DNA from: the human T2T-CHM13v2.0 reference genome, Homo sapiens | DNA length: 64,000 nucleotides | NCBI RefSeq assembly: GCF_009914755.1 | Contig: NC_060932.1 | Direction: 5' to 3' (one strand) | In this document: in pieces, positions 56,601 through 64,000 of the stretch | Numbering within the stretch: position 1 is the stretch's first letter | How the letters are laid out: every line of letters begins with the position of its first letter | The notes under the pieces: model-generated | Told to the model about the DNA's origin: nothing | The model's database searches: none | Seen by the model: the letters and a program-made list of their open reading frames with translations, nothing else | Program-made: the position numbers and the translations under genes

Positions 56601-57572
56601 AAACAGACTTCACAGCAACAACACTAAAAAAAGACAGGGAGGGACATTATATATAACAGTAAAAAAAGACAAGGAGGGATGCTATATATATAGCGATAAA
56701 AGAATAGTCCAACAGGAAAATATCACAATCCTAAATGTGTATGCTCCTAACACTGGTGCTCCCAAATTTACAAAACAATTACTGCTTGACTTAAGAAATG
56801 AGATAGACAGCAACACAATAATAGCGGGGGACTTCAATACTCCACTGACAGCACTAGACAGGTCATCAAGACAGAAAGTCAACAAAGAAACAGTGGACTT
56901 AAACTATATCCTAGAACAAATGGACTTAACAGATATTTACAGGACATTCTACCAACAACTACAGAATATACATTCTTTTCTTCAGCACATGGAATGTTCT
57001 CCAAGATAGACCATATGATGGGTTACAAAAGAAGTCTCAATAAATTTAAGAAAATCAAAATTATATCAAGTACCCTCCCAGACCACAGTGAAATAAAACT
57101 GGAAATTAACTCCAAAAGAACCCCCACAACTATAGAAACACATGGAAATTAAATCATCTGCTCCTGAATGACCTTTGGGTCAACAACGAAATGAAGATGG
57201 AAATGTAAAAATTCTTTGAGCTGAATAACAATAATGACACAACTTATCAAAACTTCTGGGATACAGCAAAAGCAATGCTAAGAGGAAAGCTCAAAGGCCT
57301 ACATCACAAAGTCTGAAAGAGTGCAAATGGACAATCTAAGGTCACACCTCAAGGAACTCGAGGAACCAGAACAAACCAAGTCCAAACCCAGCAGAAGAAA
57401 AGACATAACAAAGATCAGAGCAGAAGTAAATATAAATGAAAAAAAAAGTACAAAAGTAAATGAAACAAAAAGCTGATTCTTTGAAAGGTAAACAAAATTG
57501 ATAGACCATTGGTGAGATTAACCAAGAAGAGAGAAGATCCAAATAAGCTCAATTAGAAATGAAATGGGAGAT

Positions 57573-57985
<413 letters not shown>

Positions 57986-59637
57986 CTAGAAAATCTAGAA
58001 GAAATGGATACATTTCTGAAAATATACAACCCTCCCAGATTAAATCAGGAAGAAATAGAAACTCTAAAGAGACCAATAACAAGCAGCGAGATTGAAATTA
58101 TAATAAAAAAAATTAACAACAACAAAAAAAGTCCAGGACCAGATGGATTCACAGCTGAATGCTCTCAGACATTCAAGGAAGAATTGGTGCCAATCTTACT
58201 GAAACTATTCCAAAAGATAAAGAAGGACTCCTTCCTAAATCATTCTGTGAAGCCAGTATCACCTTAATTCCAAAACCAGGAAAGAACATGACAAAGAAAA
58301 AAAAAAAACAATAAAACTACAGATCAATATCCCTGATGTAAAAATCCTCAACAAAATACTATCTAACCAACTTCAAAAGCATATTAAAAAGCCTACTCCA
58401 TGATCAAGTGAGTTTCATATAAGGAATGCTGAGATAATTTAACATGTGCAACTCAATAAATGTGATACATCACATAAACAGAATTAAAAACAAAAACATC
58501 TGATAATCTCAATAGATGCAGAAAAAGTATTTGACAAAATCCAGCATCTCTTTATGATTAAAACCTTCAGCAAAATTGGTGTAGAATGGACATATCTAAA
58601 GGTAATAAAAGCCATCTATGACAAAATCACAGCTGACATTATACTAAATGAGGAAAACTTGAAAGCATTCCCCCAAGAGTCAAAACAAGACAAGGATGAT
58701 CACTTTCACCACTTCTATTGAAAACAGTGGGATGGAGGAGCCAAGATGGCCGAATAGGAACAGCTCCGGTCTACAGCTCCCAGTGTGAGCGACGCAGAAG
58801 ACAGGTGATTTCTGCATTTCCGTCTGAGGTACCGAGTTCATCTCACTAGGGAGTGCCAGACGGTGGGCGCAGGTCAGTGGGTGCGTGCACTGTGTGCAAG
58901 CCAAAGCAGGGCGAGGCATTGCCTCACTTGGGAAGTGCAAGGGGTCAGGGAGTTCTCTTTCCTAGTCAAAGAAAGGGGTGACAGACGGCACCTGGAAAAT
59001 CAGGCCACTCCCACCTGAATACTGCGCTTTTCCGAAGGGCTTAAAAAACGGCGCACCAGGAAATTATATCCTGCACCTGGCTCGGAGGGTCCTACGCCCA
59101 CAGAGTCTCACTGATTGCTAGCACAGCAGTCTGAGATCAAACTGCAGGGCGGCAGCGAGGCTGGGGGAGGGGCACCCGCCATTGCTCAGGCTTGCTTAGG
59201 TAAACAAAGCAGCTGGGAAGCTGTAACTGGGTGGAGCCCACAACAACTCAAGGAGGCCTGCCTGCCTCTGTAGGCTCCACCTCTGGGGGCAGGGCACAGA
59301 CAAACAAAAAGACAGCAGTAACCTCTGCAGACTTAAATGTCCCTGTCTGACAGCTTTGAAGAGAGCAGTGGTTCTCCCAGCACGCAGCTGGAGATCTGAG
59401 AACGGGCAGGCTGCCTCCTCAAGTGGGTCCCTGTCCCCTGACCCCCGAGCAGCCTAACTGGGAGGCACCCCCCAGCAGGGGCACACTGACACCTCACACT
59501 GCAGGGTATTCCAACAGACCTGCAGCTGAGGGTCCTGTCTGTTAGAAGGAAAACTAACAAACAGAAAGGACATCCACACCGAAAACCCATCTGTACATCA
59601 CCATCATCAAAGACCAAAAGTAGATCAAACCACAAAG

Positions 59638-60654
59638 ATGGGGAAAAAACAGAACAGAAAAACTGGAAACTCTAAAAATCAGAGCGCCTCTCCTCCTCCA
59701 AAGGAACGCAGTTCCTCACCAGCAATGGAACAAAGCTGGACGGAGAATGACTTTGACGAGCTGAGAGAAGAAGGCTTCAGACGATCAAATTACTCCAAGC
59801 TACAGGAGGAAATTCAAACCAAAGGCAAAGAAGTTGAAAACTTTGAAAAAAATTTAGATGAATGGATAACTAGAATAACCAATACAGAGAAGTGCTTAAA
59901 GGAGCTGATGGAGCTGAAAACCAAGGCTCGAGAACTACGTGAAGAATGCAGAAGCCTCAGGAGCCGATGCGATCAACTGGAAGAAAGGGTATCAGCGATG
60001 GAAGATGAAATGAATGAAATGAAGAGAAAAGGGAAGTTTAGTGAAAAGAGAATAAAAAGAAACAAGCAAAGCCTCCAAGAAATATGGGACTATGTGAAAA
60101 GACCAAATCTACGTCTGATTGGTATACCTGAAAGTGACGGGGAGAATGGAACCAAGTTGGAAAACACTCTGCAGGATATTATCCAGGAGAACTTCCCCAA
60201 TCTAGCAAGGCAGGCCATCATTCAGATTCAGGAAATACAGATAATGCCACAAAGATACTCCTCGAGAAGAGCAACTCCAAGACACATAATTGTCAGATTC
60301 ACCAAAGTTGAAATGAAGGAAAAAATGTTAAGGGCAGCCAGAGAGAAAGGTCGAGTTACCCTCAAAGGGAAGCCCATCAGACTAACAGCAGATCTCTCGG
60401 CAGAAACTCTACAAGCCAGAAGAATGTGGGGGCCAATATTCAACATTCTTAAAGAAAAGAATTTTCAACCCAGAATTTCATATCCAGCCAAACTAAGCTT
60501 CATAAGTGAAGGAGAAATAAAATCCTTTACAGACAAGCAAATGCTGAGAGATTTTGTCACCACCAGGCCTGCCCTAAAAGAGCTCCTGAAGGAAGCGCTA
60601 ATCATGGAAAGGAACAACCGGTACCAGCCGCTGCAAAATCATGCCAAAATGTAA
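59638..60654 (+). CDS. ORF1: L1 ORF1p, intact 338 aa
   Basis: Full-length open frame MGKKQNRK...NHAKM. Confidence 0.95.
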   Translation: MGKKQNRKTGNSKNQSASPPPKERSSSPAMEQSWTENDFDELREEGFRRSNYSKLQEEIQTKGKEVENFEKNLDEWITRITNTEKCLKELMELKTKARELREECRSLRSRCDQLEERVSAMEDEMNEMKRKGKFSEKRIKRNKQSLQEIWDYVKRPNLRLIGIPESDGENGTKLENTLQDIIQENFPNLARQAIIQIQEIQIMPQRYSSRRATPRHIIVRFTKVEMKEKMLRAAREKGRVTLKGKPIRLTADLSAETLQARRMWGPIFNILKEKNFQPRISYPAKLSFISEGEIKSFTDKQMLRDFVTTRPALKELLKEALIMERNNRYQPLQNHAKM

Positions 60655-60717
60655 AGACCATCAAGACTAGGAAGAAACTGCATCAACTAACGAGCAAAAC
60701 AACCAGCTAACATCATA

Positions 60718-64000
<3,283 letters not shown>

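Noticed and set aside
58960-59185. ORF0 in the plus-strand L1
   Set aside because: The antisense frame reaches TGA after ...CCASNQ, so it is truncated.

Overview
Repeat-dominated primate DNA (human or African great ape, inferred from an L1PA2-type element), intergenic or deep intronic. I recognise no host protein-coding gene, RNA gene or CpG-island promoter. The only long real ORFs belong to LINE-1. Two near-full-length young L1s lie in inverted, head-to-head orientation about 22.5 kb apart: an L1PA2-like copy on the minus strand (~30370-36187) and an L1PA3-like copy on the plus strand (58729 to the window end). Each keeps an intact 338-aa ORF1 but has a broken ORF2. The plus copy sits in an older L1PB, which also carries an L1PA13-like fragment and an AluY. 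The rest is about 14 Alus, MaLR/ERV LTRs (THE1, MST, MLT1/2, LTR7, MER61, LTR16/33-like), DNA-transposon fossils (MER85, MER30, MER20, MER5, MER91), old L1M, L2, MIR and microsatellites. The best-supported oddities are: an L1 3' transduction, two locally copied segments, an in-frame ORF2 deletion with templated filler, a YY1-less L1PA2 with an intact ORF0, and variants shared between the two inverted L1s that may reflect gene conversion. I found no convincing new biological system. Subfamily names come from recalled consensus sequences, not a database search.
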